DNA of 64,000 nt from Bythopirellula sp. (GCA_965216565.1 OZ244170.1:384001-448000), one strand, 5' to 3'; counted from the stretch's first letter, positions 1 to 10,940 are shown. The notes: generated from the letters alone by a model not told the origin. A program made the numbers and translations.

Positions 1-245
1 GAAGAATCTGCACAGCTGGAGACTGTTCCGCAACCTGTAGCGTTATGGCAAGGTTGGTCGCAGCAGGATTCCACATAGCTAGAAGAACATCCCCAACAAT
101 CGGAACTCCAGCTTTCGTAGACAGGTTCGCTATAGACGACACCACATCCACAACCATCGGCCAATGCGGCCAGGGAGGGACCAAACGTCAAGGTAAGGGT
201 CATCGAATAAACTAATGTCTTCTGGAAGGCACGATACATCTTCAT
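1..245 (-). CDS. Cys-rich exported protein, runs off the window start (partial)
   Basis: Not in the ORF track. Hand translation from ATG 245 (RBS AAAGGA): MKMYRAFQKTLVYSMTLTLTFGPSLAALADGCGCGVVYSEPVYESWSSDCWGC..., a signal-peptide-like start then CxC/CC-rich; open to base 1. Confidence 0.7.
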   Translation of the reverse strand, partial: MKMYRAFQKTLVYSMTLTLTFGPSLAALADGCGCGVVYSEPVYESWSSDCWGCSSSYVESCCDQPCHNATGCGTVSSCADS

Positions 246-490
246 TTCCTTTACTAATTTCTCTTAGGCAAATGCACTCGCCTACGTCCTAGCGGGCGTT
301 GCGGTCTAGGCAGCAGCCCAGATCTCGCATGGCCAAATCGGGCCAGAGTAGCTAGCTTTCCATTTTCAATCAGCGAAATGCTCAGTTATCTATGGTAATC
401 AACATCAGCCCAAAGGCAAAGTTAGCACTAGAGGCTAGCCTTAACTTGCAGGCGAAAATGCCCGTGGGTGATGTCTATTATGAAGCCAGA

Positions 491-1375
491 CTAGTGAGCC
501 GGATTGACGGAACCCACGTCTTTGTAGGTGTGCTGGAGATAGCTGGACATCGATTCATGCTTATCTCTCACAAGCTTTTCTTCCATTCGATGTTGGGTAG
601 CTGCACTTTGCCAGCTTTGGGCAAAGGGACCGGTGAGCTGGTCGTTGTGCGAGTCCGTCAGCAGATTCACCGCTCGCCGATAGAGTTTCGCTCCGGCATG
701 GTGCCAGGTGCGAACCTGCTTGGCATGCAAAAGGAGCTTCGAATCGACACCAAGCTCATCGAGTGAATCAATTTCCTCAACGGCAGTCTCGTGCCCCTCT
801 GCGCGATGGCTGAGGTAATCGAACAGTTGCCAGCTATCGTGGTTGCCAGGTGTGGTGGTTCGTGCCTTAACTTCATCATTGATACATGTCACCAAGGCGA
901 GCCAGTACTTTTTAGTCGCAACAAACTTCTCTTCCTCGGTTAGCTCAGGGTGATCGGCAGTATCTTCTATGAGCTGTTCATCCGAAGCTTCGTCTGCTTC
1001 AGTCGAGGGTACGCTTTCAATTGGATCGGATTCGTTAGAAGCACTGGGAGAATCGCTCGACTCGGCGATAGGCGTCGTAATGCCGATTTCCGAGGTACCA
1101 ACACTTTCTAGCGAAACAGGTGATTCCTCTGCAGATTGTTCGACTGTGGTTTCAGTCTCACTTGCTACGGAATCTTTGTCCGAGAAGTAGCCTGGGTCGA
1201 CGATCTCTGCCTGCTCCAGGACGGTCGTGCACATGGTCTTCATGTCGACGCCCAGGTAAAACGAACCAAGGGCAACACCGCCGCCGAGTGCACAGAGGCA
1301 ACCAACGAATTCGACAAACGAAAGCCCTTTGCGAGAGTGACTAACACGAACGCCATCGTTCCCAAAAGAACCCAT
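491..1375 (-). CDS. Hypothetical protein with prepilin-like N-terminus and acidic linker
   Basis: RKG|LSFVE followed by a hydrophobic segment, then a Ser/Glu-rich region and a helical domain. Confidence 0.7.
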   Translation of the reverse strand: MGSFGNDGVRVSHSRKGLSFVEFVGCLCALGGGVALGSFYLGVDMKTMCTTVLEQAEIVDPGYFSDKDSVASETETTVEQSAEESPVSLESVGTSEIGITTPIAESSDSPSASNESDPIESVPSTEADEASDEQLIEDTADHPELTEEEKFVATKKYWLALVTCINDEVKARTTTPGNHDSWQLFDYLSHRAEGHETAVEEIDSLDELGVDSKLLLHAKQVRTWHHAGAKLYRRAVNLLTDSHNDQLTGPFAQSWQSAATQHRMEEKLVRDKHESMSSYLQHTYKDVGSVNPAH

Positions 1376-1624
1376 TTATCTTCTCCCCAGGTAAAAATAT
1401 GTCGCCCTTACTTGGCGGTGGAAAAAGCCAACGCGAGATTTACCAGCGCGCCTACTTTTGAAACATAGCTTTCCTCAGGCAACTTCAACCAAATCAATAG
1501 GAATCGCAGCGCTGGCATATCCGAGCGAGCCCCAATTAGATCCGCTCGTGGCGATTAATCCGATTGTGGGGAGTAGCGATGTGAATATCGCCAGACAGAA
1601 CTGAGGCCTGCGAACCGCTAGGCT

Positions 1625-3523
1625 CTAGCTCGTTGGTGGGGTATCTGCTGCTCGACGGGCGGCGCGACGTCGATCGGCTTCCTTGAGAAGGGTTTTTCGC
1701 AATCGAATAGTGCTTGGAGTGACCTCCACTAGCTCGTCGTCTTCGATGTATTCCAGACAAGCTTCTAGCGACATTTCCCGTACGGGTCGAACTTGGCTAT
1801 TATCATCCTTACCCGCGGCCCGGACGTTGGTCAGCTTTTTGCCGCGGACCACGTTTACGACCAAATCGCCCATTCGGCAATTTTCACCGACTACCTGACC
1901 CTCATAGATTGGATCGCCAGGACGAATGAAGAATTCGCCCCGATCGAATAAGGCGTCGAGCGAGTAAGCAGTGGCATTTCCCGGCTCATTGGCAACTAAT
2001 ACTCCCGCCGAACGTTGTGGGGTATCGCCGCGTACGGGTTCGTAGTTAAGCAGTGTATGGTGCATCACTGCTTGGCCTTGCGTCGCATTGAGCATCCGAC
2101 TCCTCAAGCCCATCAGTGAGCGGGCAGGAATCGTAAACTCCATGTGGACGTAGCCACCGGCCGTGCCGCGGTGACTAATTTTGGTGACAGTCGCCCTGCG
2201 ATCGCCTACGAGTGACATGACAGCACTTTGGCATTCTTCCGGGCAGTCGACGACAAGCTGCTCGATCGGCTCGCATTTTTTCCCATCGATTTCTCGATAG
2301 ATTACCTGAGGTTTGCCCACGCACAATTCGAACCCTTCACGGCGCATGTTTTCAATCAAGATACCGAGGTGCATGAGCCCCCTGCCAGAGACCCGGAACT
2401 GTTCTTGCGTTGCTCCTGGATTCACCCGCAACGCAACATTGGAACGCAATTCCCGATCGAGACGCTCTGATATCTGCCGACTGGTAAGGTATTTGCCGTC
2501 CTTGCCGGAAAAGGGGCCGTCGTTCACGCGGAAGGTCATGTGCAACGTCGGTTCGTCGATACTCACCAGTGGCAAGGGCTCGGCATAAGATGGATCGGCA
2601 ATGGTGTCGCCGATTTCGATCGGTTCCAGGCCAACCAGTGCGCATAAGTCTCCAGCATCGACACGGTCGACTTCTTTGCGGTCGAGGCCGTCAAATGCTA
2701 GGACTTGCTGAATTTGACGATTGCTGGACTGCCCCTGGCGATCGATCACCGTTACTTGTGTTTTTTTCTGTGCCGCGCCGGACAGAACCCTTCCGATGGC
2801 AATTCGCCCCACGAACTCTGAGTAGTCCAATGTCGTGACTTGCATCCGGAAAGGTTTGTCGGTGGGACCTGTCTGGGGGGCAGGAACCCGCTCAACGATT
2901 GTTTCAAACAGTGGCCGCATGGTCTTCGAGGGATTGTCTAAATCGAGCGTGGCCCAACCTTCTTTGGCAGAAGCAAAAATTGTGGGGAACTCGAGTACAT
3001 CATCGGGTGCTTCGAGATCGACAAGCAAATCGAAAACTTCGTCCACCACTTCATTAGGCCTGGCGTCGGGTCGATCGACCTTGTTGACCACGACAATTGG
3101 CTTCAGGCCATTCTGCAGAGACTTTTGCAACACAAATCGCGTCTGTGGCATCGGTCCTTCAAAGGCATCGACCAGCAACAGCGTCCCACTAGCCATGCCG
3201 AGTACGCGTTCCACCTCGCCACCAAAATCAGCGTGACCAGGGGTATCGATTAGATTGATTCGATAATCGTCCCCATCATCGGCTTGATAACGAACCGCGC
3301 AGTTCTTGCTGAGAATTGTAATGCCCCGTTCGCGCTCTAAATCGTTCGAATCGAAGATCAGTCCGTGTTGGCCTCCAGCCAACTTGGTCAGGTCTTCAGT
3401 TCGGAATTGGCCAGACTGGTACAGCAATTGATCGACCAGGGAGGTCTTGCCGTGGTCGACATGCGCAATAATGGCAACGTTTCGGAGCATGGATGAAGTA
3501 TGTGCGGGTGGAGCAATAGACAT
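1625..3523 (-). CDS. typA: Translational GTPase TypA/BipA
   Basis: RNVAIIAHVDHGKT, RERGITI, DTPGHADF, NKVD, KKLTNVRAAG and EVTPSTIRLRK motifs. Confidence 0.97.
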   Translation of the reverse strand: MSIAPPAHTSSMLRNVAIIAHVDHGKTSLVDQLLYQSGQFRTEDLTKLAGGQHGLIFDSNDLERERGITILSKNCAVRYQADDGDDYRINLIDTPGHADFGGEVERVLGMASGTLLLVDAFEGPMPQTRFVLQKSLQNGLKPIVVVNKVDRPDARPNEVVDEVFDLLVDLEAPDDVLEFPTIFASAKEGWATLDLDNPSKTMRPLFETIVERVPAPQTGPTDKPFRMQVTTLDYSEFVGRIAIGRVLSGAAQKKTQVTVIDRQGQSSNRQIQQVLAFDGLDRKEVDRVDAGDLCALVGLEPIEIGDTIADPSYAEPLPLVSIDEPTLHMTFRVNDGPFSGKDGKYLTSRQISERLDRELRSNVALRVNPGATQEQFRVSGRGLMHLGILIENMRREGFELCVGKPQVIYREIDGKKCEPIEQLVVDCPEECQSAVMSLVGDRRATVTKISHRGTAGGYVHMEFTIPARSLMGLRSRMLNATQGQAVMHHTLLNYEPVRGDTPQRSAGVLVANEPGNATAYSLDALFDRGEFFIRPGDPIYEGQVVGENCRMGDLVVNVVRGKKLTNVRAAGKDDNSQVRPVREMSLEACLEYIEDDELVEVTPSTIRLRKTLLKEADRRRAARRAADTPPTS

Positions 3524-3952
3524 AGATCGTTAACGGGCAAATTGAAAGTCTGGAGAGGGGGGAGGGGTGACTGCTGGCGGCCAAATTCAGAGAGAACTGG
3601 CAAACAACGCGTCAGGGGATCGTCTATTGTATTGATATTTCGCGGCAGGGGCAGTTCATTTTCACATCTTCTCGTCCCGGCACAGCGATCTTCTTGAGCC
3701 TTGTGAAACGTTTTTTCCCGCAAACTCTGTCTAAATGGATGTTCAGAGGGCTTTCTCAGTCTTTTATGCCAACCAATGCTCAGTAACTCAGGATGCATTG
3801 GTCGAACAAAAGAGTTGGGGGCAGTAGCTTAACTTGTTGAGCTTGCTCGTGGCTCGTATACTTTAAACGGACGGTGCATGAACCCGTGGGCACCGTTTGC
3901 CCTGAAGCAGCATGGACCGCAGCAACGTTGACTCGACACTTGGAAAACAGCG

Positions 3953-5719
3953 GTGTCAGAACCCTCCGTGTCGCAAACCGATCAAACCTCTTCCAGCGAC
4001 GCCAAGTCTCTCCCGCCCAAGGTCTTATTTTTGGGAGGGAGCCACGACGCGATGGTCGATTTTCGTCGTCACTTTGGTGACGAGGTCGAAATCGTCGAAG
4101 TCTTCTCACCGGTGAAGGCTCTCACGCGCATGGCTCGAGAAGAATTCACGGCCATCTACTGCGATGCCGACCATGTGGCCGAAGTCGCCGACGTAGGACG
4201 TTTGATCCGCAATGATCGAATACTGCAAGGAATGCCCGATGGAGTTGTGCTACTGGACAACGAAAATACCATCCTCTGGGGCAACGGTCGGCTCAGCGAA
4301 TGGAGTGGTCAGGATGACGTCATCGGTCAGAATTTTTACACCGTGCTAGGAAGCCCGGAAATCCTCGGCCCCGATTTCTGTCCGTTTCATACCGCGCTCA
4401 GTACAAAACATTCCAGCGTCTCTGTCGTACGTGTAGACGACAACCAGTACTACCGGATCCACTGCGCACCGATCATCGACTCGCCGAACGAAACGCCTCA
4501 GCATCTAGTCGTAACTGTTCACAACGTATCCGACGAGTTGCAGCAACAACAAAAACTGGCGGCAATTCATCAAGCGGGTGTCGAACTAGCAGATCTAACG
4601 ACCGATGAAGTCGACAGCCTGCCTGTGGAGGAGCGTATTGAGCTTCTCAAATCGAATATTGTTCAGTGTACTCAAGACGTGCTGCTAATCGACGTGATCG
4701 AGATTCGCATGCTCGATCAGGAAACCAACGAATTGCAACCGCTGCTGGCGGTGGGAATGATCGAGTCGGCTGAAAATCGAGAGCTTTTCGCCAAGGCTGA
4801 AGACAATGGTGTCACGGGTTTCGTAGCTGCCACCGGCAAGAGTTACGTCTGCGAGAATTGTGCGGAAGACCCCCTTTATTTGGAGGGAGCTGCGGGTGCG
4901 AGAAGTTCCCTAACGGTGCCTTTGATATTTCACGAGCAAGTGATCGGCACGCTCAACGTCGAGAGCCCCGAAGCGAATGCCTTCTCCGAAAGTGATTTGC
5001 AGTTTCTTGAGATTTTCGCCAGAAACGTAGCTGTCGCTATTCACACGCTCGACTTGTTGGCCGCTGAAAAAGCGAGTACGGCGGCCGCAAGCGTCGATGC
5101 GATCCACAGCGCGGTAGCTTTGCCCATCGATGTTATCCTAAATGATGCGGTAAATGTGATGGAGCGCTATATTGGTCACGAAGCGGAAGTGGTAGAGCGT
5201 TTGCAATCCATTCTCCGTAATGCCCGCGACATTAAACGAGTGATCCAAAAAGTGGGTCAAACGATGGCTCCGGCACAAGCCTCGCCAAGCTCGTCTGTGC
5301 CGATGGCTCGGCCATCACTGACCGGCAAACGCATTCTAGTGGTCGACGACGACGAACAGGTACGTGCCGCGGCCCATGCGTTGCTGGAGCGCTATCGCTG
5401 TATAGTTGAGACGGCTCGAAGTGCAAAAGAAGCTGGCTTAATGGTTAGCAACCTCGGGCCTGGGAACAAGTACGACGCGATTCTGGCGGATATTCGGCTT
5501 CCCGACGCCAATGGCTACGAATTCCTGCTGAGCATGAAGAAGTTGCTCGATTATGTCCCACTGATCCTAATGACTGGCTTTGGCTACGATCCTGGTCACA
5601 GCATATTGAAGGCACGGCAAGAAGGCGTGGCAAGCGTGCTGTATAAGCCTTTCCGATTAGACCAACTCCTCAGTGCCATCGAGGACCTTGTCGATTCGCA
5701 TCCCTCTGGTCAGGGTTGA
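3953..5719 (+). CDS. PAS-GAF-receiver signalling protein
   Basis: PAS-like MPDGVVLLD, GAF-like GVTGFVAATG...VPL...GTLNVES, C-terminal receiver ILVVDDD...DIRLP...KPF. Confidence 0.85.
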   Translation: MSEPSVSQTDQTSSSDAKSLPPKVLFLGGSHDAMVDFRRHFGDEVEIVEVFSPVKALTRMAREEFTAIYCDADHVAEVADVGRLIRNDRILQGMPDGVVLLDNENTILWGNGRLSEWSGQDDVIGQNFYTVLGSPEILGPDFCPFHTALSTKHSSVSVVRVDDNQYYRIHCAPIIDSPNETPQHLVVTVHNVSDELQQQQKLAAIHQAGVELADLTTDEVDSLPVEERIELLKSNIVQCTQDVLLIDVIEIRMLDQETNELQPLLAVGMIESAENRELFAKAEDNGVTGFVAATGKSYVCENCAEDPLYLEGAAGARSSLTVPLIFHEQVIGTLNVESPEANAFSESDLQFLEIFARNVAVAIHTLDLLAAEKASTAAASVDAIHSAVALPIDVILNDAVNVMERYIGHEAEVVERLQSILRNARDIKRVIQKVGQTMAPAQASPSSSVPMARPSLTGKRILVVDDDEQVRAAAHALLERYRCIVETARSAKEAGLMVSNLGPGNKYDAILADIRLPDANGYEFLLSMKKLLDYVPLILMTGFGYDPGHSILKARQEGVASVLYKPFRLDQLLSAIEDLVDSHPSGQG

Positions 5720-5754
5720 ACCCGCGACTCTTACGACAAGGTCTCTGACTACGC

Positions 5755-6930
5755 ATGATGGCAATCTTGTTTCTTGGTGCAGCTTTCGTGGCCTTGGTCG
5801 GCCACGGTTATTTTTGGGTCGCGATTGTTAATCGACTCCATGGTTTAGCTGGTCGTCGAAAACTAATTGATCTGGCAACACTCGCATGCACAGTTTGCTT
5901 TTTAGCCTTCCCGGTGTATGTGCTCGCACATGGCAAGGCAGTCTTCGCTTATTGGAATTCATTCTCGGTTTCCGAATCGTTGTTGGCTGTGCGATATTTT
6001 CAGGCATGTTTGCTGATGAGCCTGGGTGAATTTCTTGTCAAATCGCTATGGCCATCCGAGCGCGATCAATCATCTACCTTGCTTGAAGCAAGCCGCGAGT
6101 CAGTAGACGTCGACAATTCCTCTAGCCTGGATTACTACCGAGGATCGTATGCTCGGTTCCTCGGTGCCATTCCTGGTAATCAATCGACACAGCTGAGCAT
6201 CGACTGTAAACGCGTTATGGTGCCACAGCTTAATCACGCACTCGAGGGGATTCGGATTGTCCACCTGAGCGATTTTCATATGACGGGTCGCCTCGATGTC
6301 GAGTGGTACAAGATCGTTGTCGATCAGGTGACTCAGTTGGAGCCGGATGTTGTAATCATCACGGGGGACATTGTTGAAAATCCTGAGTGTTTTCCGTGGC
6401 TGGAGGAAACCATCGGCCAGCTTAGTGCGGAGTTTGGTGTGTATTTCATTCTCGGAAATCACGACAAATATGTGGATATCGCTCGCACAAAGATGATCCT
6501 GGCCAGTGCGGGCCATGTGTGTGTAAGTGGGCAGTGCTTAGAAACGGCGTGGAACGGTGTCCCTGTGTTTCTCGCAGGCAATGAACGCCCCTGGTTCGAA
6601 AACGTGGGGGCATGGCCTGAAGTTGGGAATCATGAAGCAAGAACAGCTCCCTTGCGCGTTGCCTTGCAGCACACACCCGACCAATGGGAATGGTCACGGA
6701 ATAACGACGTCGACTTAGTCTTTGCGGGGCACACGCACGGAGGCCAGATTTGTTTGCCAATTCTAGGGGCTGTGGCGTGCCCTAGTCTTTACGGAACGCG
6801 ATACGCTGCGGGAGTTTTTCGACGGGGAAACTGCGTGATGCACGTCACCCGAGGATTGTCGGGTCGCACGCCGTTGCGTTGGCTTTGCCCGCCCGAAATT
6901 GCACTGCTGGAGTTGGTTGGGCCGGCTTAG
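5755..6930 (+). CDS. Membrane-anchored metallophosphoesterase (YkuE/YaeI-like)
   Basis: SDFH, TGD, GNHD, HTPD and GHTHGGQ motifs with N-terminal TM helices. Confidence 0.92.
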   Translation: MMAILFLGAAFVALVGHGYFWVAIVNRLHGLAGRRKLIDLATLACTVCFLAFPVYVLAHGKAVFAYWNSFSVSESLLAVRYFQACLLMSLGEFLVKSLWPSERDQSSTLLEASRESVDVDNSSSLDYYRGSYARFLGAIPGNQSTQLSIDCKRVMVPQLNHALEGIRIVHLSDFHMTGRLDVEWYKIVVDQVTQLEPDVVIITGDIVENPECFPWLEETIGQLSAEFGVYFILGNHDKYVDIARTKMILASAGHVCVSGQCLETAWNGVPVFLAGNERPWFENVGAWPEVGNHEARTAPLRVALQHTPDQWEWSRNNDVDLVFAGHTHGGQICLPILGAVACPSLYGTRYAAGVFRRGNCVMHVTRGLSGRTPLRWLCPPEIALLELVGPA

Positions 6931-6957
6931 TGTGATTGCCCAGCTTAGTGTGATTGC
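6925..6957. repeat. 15-bp direct repeat GCTTAGTGTGATTGC x2 (18-bp period)
   Basis: Copies at 6925-6939 and 6943-6957 between convergent genes. Confidence 0.8.
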
Positions 6958-6965
6958 TGAGTCGA

Positions 6966-8150
6966 CTAGCCAGTTAGCACCATAGCACCCTGCGCAGGTG
7001 GTGTTGCGAAGGCGGTCGCCTCGATCCCCGTTTTTTCCTGGTACGCCTTGCTAATTGCCTCGGCGATCGCTTCGGCCTGTTCAGTTTTGACGAGTGAGAC
7101 TGTGCAGCCGCCAAACCCGCCCCCCGTCATTCGCGAGCCAAAGACTCCCTTCTCCAGTCCAAGCTGCTCCGCCAGGGAAACAAGGACATCGAGTTCATCG
7201 CAACTTACCTCGTAATCGTCTCGCAGCGATGCATGGCTCTCGTACATCAGCTGGCCAACCTGCTCCCACTGCCCAGCTTCGCAGGCCGTAGCCGCCTCGG
7301 TGGTCCGCTGGATTTCGCCAATCACGTGCCGCGCTCGGCGGTAGTGCACGTCGTCGATTTTTGCTTTGTTCTCCTCGAGCAGCGACATGGTTGCGTCTCT
7401 CAGAGATTTGACTCCCAGGCTGGCTGCAGCTGCTTCACATTGCTCACGGCGTTCAGCGTACTCGCCACCTGTCAGCTCGTGCTTGACGTTACTATTGATG
7501 ATTAAGATGCTAACGCTCGAGTCGGCTAGCGGGACCATCTGTGGTTCTTGGCTGCGGCAATCGAGTAGCATCAGGTGCCCCGACTGACATAACACAGAAC
7601 TGAATTGATCCATAATGCCACACGGTACGCCAACCTGATGTTCAGCTTGTTGGCTCACCAGGGCCTTCTTAACCGGAGGCATTGACTTGCCGGTGAGTTG
7701 TTCCACAAGTGTCGCGGTGGCAACCTCGAGCGCAGCGCTACTAGAGAGGCCTCCCCCCAGCGGTACAGTTGATTCAATGACGGCATCAAAGGGCAGGGCA
7801 GCGAGACCCTCTGCCCGACAGCCATCGAGCACACAGGCCACATACTGGGCCCATACTGGCAGGCTCGACCGATCCTGACTTTCGAGAGTGATTTCCTGTT
7901 TAGCTTCCACCGTGGAACTGTAGACGCATGCTTCGCCTTCGGCAGCGGAAGTCGGGTCAGCCGCGATCACGGTATATCGATCGATGGCCATTGGCAGCAC
8001 AAAGCCATCGTTGTAGTCAGTATGTTCGCCAATAAGGTTTACCCGCCCCGGCGCTGCGACGACGATTGTTGGCTCTCTTTGGAACTGGTTTCGGAAAGTA
8101 GCGGTCGCTCGCTCCGCCAAATCGGAAAGTGAAACAACTTTGTCCATCAC
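6966..8150 (-). CDS. galK: Galactokinase
   Basis: APGRVNLIGEHTDYN, GLSSSAA, CGIMDQ and GSRMTGGGFGG motifs. Confidence 0.97.
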   Translation of the reverse strand: MMDKVVSLSDLAERATATFRNQFQREPTIVVAAPGRVNLIGEHTDYNDGFVLPMAIDRYTVIAADPTSAAEGEACVYSSTVEAKQEITLESQDRSSLPVWAQYVACVLDGCRAEGLAALPFDAVIESTVPLGGGLSSSAALEVATATLVEQLTGKSMPPVKKALVSQQAEHQVGVPCGIMDQFSSVLCQSGHLMLLDCRSQEPQMVPLADSSVSILIINSNVKHELTGGEYAERREQCEAAAASLGVKSLRDATMSLLEENKAKIDDVHYRRARHVIGEIQRTTEAATACEAGQWEQVGQLMYESHASLRDDYEVSCDELDVLVSLAEQLGLEKGVFGSRMTGGGFGGCTVSLVKTEQAEAIAEAISKAYQEKTGIEATAFATPPAQGAMVLTG

Positions 8151-8218
8151 AGGGCCCTGAATCGATCGATTTACGGTTTAAACAGTCCTCGAAATTTCAA
8201 GTTTGCAGCTTGGCAAGA

Positions 8219-9502
8219 TCACGAAGCGATGTCAACGGCTCGCAAGTTCTTGACGAGTACTAAGGTCATCACTAGAAAACTCGCGATGGCACCGAAAAGC
8301 ATGGACCATGCCGCTCCGGCGACGCCAAACTCGCTGATCAGGGGATAAACAGTAAGTGAGATGGCGATAAAGGTGGCTACTTCGCCCCAAAAATTTGCCT
8401 CGGGTAATTGCAGGGCATTCAAGCCATTGGAACTAGTTAGCGCCAGGCTTGTGACCAAGGTATTAACGCTCAGGATGACTAGGACGCTGTTAGCCCAACT
8501 AAATTCGGGGCCAAAGATTTTCTCCAACAACCAGCTCCCGCCGAGAACAAAGATTACGCAGACGGTACCTAGAACGACCGAATAGATGGCTGCTGAACGA
8601 AATAGTTCTACGTGTAAGCCTTTCTTCCCATACTTGTTAAAGGCCCGGATGGCCCGCGGCTGGAGCAGATTGTTAAGGCCCCGTACGAATACCCAAGAGA
8701 ATCCTGCGAGAGTAACACATACTGCCAACACGCCAGCAGCAGAGCGGTCGATCAATCCGGCAACAATCCAGGGCATAGCCACCTGGCAACCATCTCCTAA
8801 GAGTCTGCCGTAGACTAACCATCGCGAGTATGTCCAATGTTGCTTCCAATGGGCTTGGATGGCGCGGCGATCGAACGTGAATTCAACCTTCGGCTTTCCG
8901 ACAAACCAGCTCAAGGCGCCAAAAGCACAAGCAACACTAATAGCTAGAAAACTGTATGGAATCGTTAACTTTTCAAGCCAAGCCATTGCGAGTAGCAATC
9001 CAACTTGAAGCAAGAACACCAGACCATCAACCACTAGGGCAGTTCGAAGTCTAAAATGGGCAAAACAAACTGTGCGCAAGAATTCCCGAAGCATGTAAGG
9101 GACAATCGCAACGCACAGAGCTAGAACGCTGAATGCCATTGTGCTCGCCCCCTCCGTGGCAAACAGGTAGCCACTGTAGAGACATGCAGCGAGGACCGTC
9201 AGCAGGGCCAGGATCAATTGGTGAACCAAAGTGCTGCCGAGTAGGCTAGCCAGCGCGGCATCTTGACGTTGCGCGGAAAACACCATGTACGGTACCGAGA
9301 GGCCCCTTGCTTGAATCATCGACGCGAACAGCACGAGCGAAAGGCACAGAGAATAGATTCCAACCTCTTCCGGAGTGCATACCCGCGCTAGGATTAGCAT
9401 CGTGAGGAAAGTTGTGGTGCTGGCGATGCCCTGGTCGAAAAGGGCCAGGACTCCCTGTCGGGCACCCTTGGAATCTACGACTTTTCTTACCTTTTGAACC
9501 AT
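8219..9502 (-). CDS. Wzx-like polysaccharide flippase
   Basis: Many TM segments; LARVCTPEEVGIY at the N-terminus and FGVAGAAW near the C-terminus. Confidence 0.8.
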   Translation of the reverse strand: MVQKVRKVVDSKGARQGVLALFDQGIASTTTFLTMLILARVCTPEEVGIYSLCLSLVLFASMIQARGLSVPYMVFSAQRQDAALASLLGSTLVHQLILALLTVLAACLYSGYLFATEGASTMAFSVLALCVAIVPYMLREFLRTVCFAHFRLRTALVVDGLVFLLQVGLLLAMAWLEKLTIPYSFLAISVACAFGALSWFVGKPKVEFTFDRRAIQAHWKQHWTYSRWLVYGRLLGDGCQVAMPWIVAGLIDRSAAGVLAVCVTLAGFSWVFVRGLNNLLQPRAIRAFNKYGKKGLHVELFRSAAIYSVVLGTVCVIFVLGGSWLLEKIFGPEFSWANSVLVILSVNTLVTSLALTSSNGLNALQLPEANFWGEVATFIAISLTVYPLISEFGVAGAAWSMLFGAIASFLVMTLVLVKNLRAVDIAS

Positions 9503-9759
9503 CGTGTTCTGTTCTCAGAGAGTTCGCTGGCTGGGGGGCGAATTCTCCGCGTGCTTCATGTCTGCACGTAGTGCTGCGCTATCTGCCCGGGAATAGCACC
9601 ACTCGAGAGGGGATCGGCTGACCACGATCTTACAACCAATGGAAGGCAGTGAGTCGTCTGCGCCTGATTGGCAATTGGGATTGGATTTCGGTTGTCCTCG
9701 ACACTGGTTCCGGTAATTGCCGCGAATCCCTTAATTCACAGTCTCAAAGTCGATTTTCC

Positions 9760-9788
9760 TTGACAATAAGAAAATGCCGGTTCATTAT
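9760..9788 (+). promoter_or_regulatory. Putative sigma70 promoter for the first secreted paralogue
   Basis: TTGACA-17nt-CATTAT. Confidence 0.5.
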
Positions 9789-9940
9789 ACACAAGTTAAG
9801 AGGATTGCACGGTTTATGCAGTCTGAAATGAATTGGACGATTCTGAGCCTTCCTGGCTCATAGTCAGCGTTTCAGTGAGTGTCCCCTACAGGACGGGGTG
9901 CTCTCATTCTCATGCCTTTCTTTTTTGGGGAGACTCCACG

Positions 9941-10366
9941 ATGAAGATGATGATGATTTTGCCAGCTTTGGCAATGATGTGCCTCGTGAGCTCGGCTCAA
10001 GCCGACAACGGTGCGATCGACAGTGCTACGCTTAGCGCCATGGGCCTAAGCAACGTTCAAGTGATGTCCGATGTAGAAGCTCAAGACGTACGCGGCATGG
10101 GCTATGCCCCACCTCGTAGAAGCTTGGCACTCGCATTTGGCGTCTCGTTCGCCAGCATCAATGCAGGTCCTGCCAGTGCCGGTACTTTGGACGGTTTCTT
10201 GTCCTATGGCAACCACGTTGCTAAGGGTCAGCATGAATCCGTAGCCCAGATCTCGGAAACCAAGACCAAAACTAAGACGATTCTTGGCGTACCTGCGTAC
10301 TCCATCACAAAGACTCGTACCTTGACAATTGGCGCTGGTGGTAGCTCCAGCTCGTTTGCTTTTTAA
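9941..10366 (+). CDS. Secreted protein, putative substrate of the Fap-like system (paralogue 1)
   Basis: RBS GGGGAG and ATG 9941; signal peptide ending AQA; MGLSNVQVMSDVEAQDVRG leader; beta-rich mature part. Confidence 0.85.
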   Translation: MKMMMILPALAMMCLVSSAQADNGAIDSATLSAMGLSNVQVMSDVEAQDVRGMGYAPPRRSLALAFGVSFASINAGPASAGTLDGFLSYGNHVAKGQHESVAQISETKTKTKTILGVPAYSITKTRTLTIGAGGSSSSFAF

Positions 10367-10412
10367 GCATGAAAGTGTGAGTTCCCAGGCATTTTCGATG
10401 CCTGACAATTTT

Positions 10413-10453
10413 AAGCGTCTCGACGTTTCCTGGTACGTCGAGACGCTTTTTTT
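10413..10453 (+). terminator. Rho-independent terminator
   Basis: AAGCGTCTCGACGT / ACGTCGAGACGCTT stem followed by a T run. Confidence 0.9.
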
Positions 10454-10940
10454 GTCTGTCGATCTAATCTGCCTCTGCTAGTTTAAAGCGAATCCCTAGG
10501 GGCTCTGAAGTCTGCTTCTCCATCAGAAGGTTTCCTTTATCCAGGGGATATTCGTTTTCTTTAGGGGCTGTGGCCCCGATTGGTTGAGGATTCGCCTCAA
10601 TCTCATAGCTCGCAAAGCGTCCATTGGCCGAAAAATATCCCCGCAAGATTGGTCTGGCGTGGCCAGTTTTGGTACTGCCTGTAACGGTTGTATGGGGAAT
10701 GGTAACGATTGTACGGCCTCTGCGAATTGTTCTTCTCTCGGACCTTGGAACCTAGGCAAATTTCCGAACTCCATTGTTGATGCACTGGGGGTCCCGATTA
10801 GCGTGAGATAGAGAGGGCAGCGACGGGCAACTCAACTTTACCCGGGAAGTTGACCAACCCGTCAAAAACCTCCAACTACTTTTCGGACTACTTAAAAGTC
10901 CACCATCTCACCTCTGTATTCTTACCAGGAGTACCACACG

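Noticed and set aside
6925..6957. Tandem 15-bp repeat as a regulatory element
   Set aside because: It includes the stop codon between convergent genes; most simply a local slippage duplication
9833..9940. Longer N-terminus for paralogue 1 given by the ORF track
   Set aside because: The RBS, signal peptide and paralogue alignment all support ATG 9941
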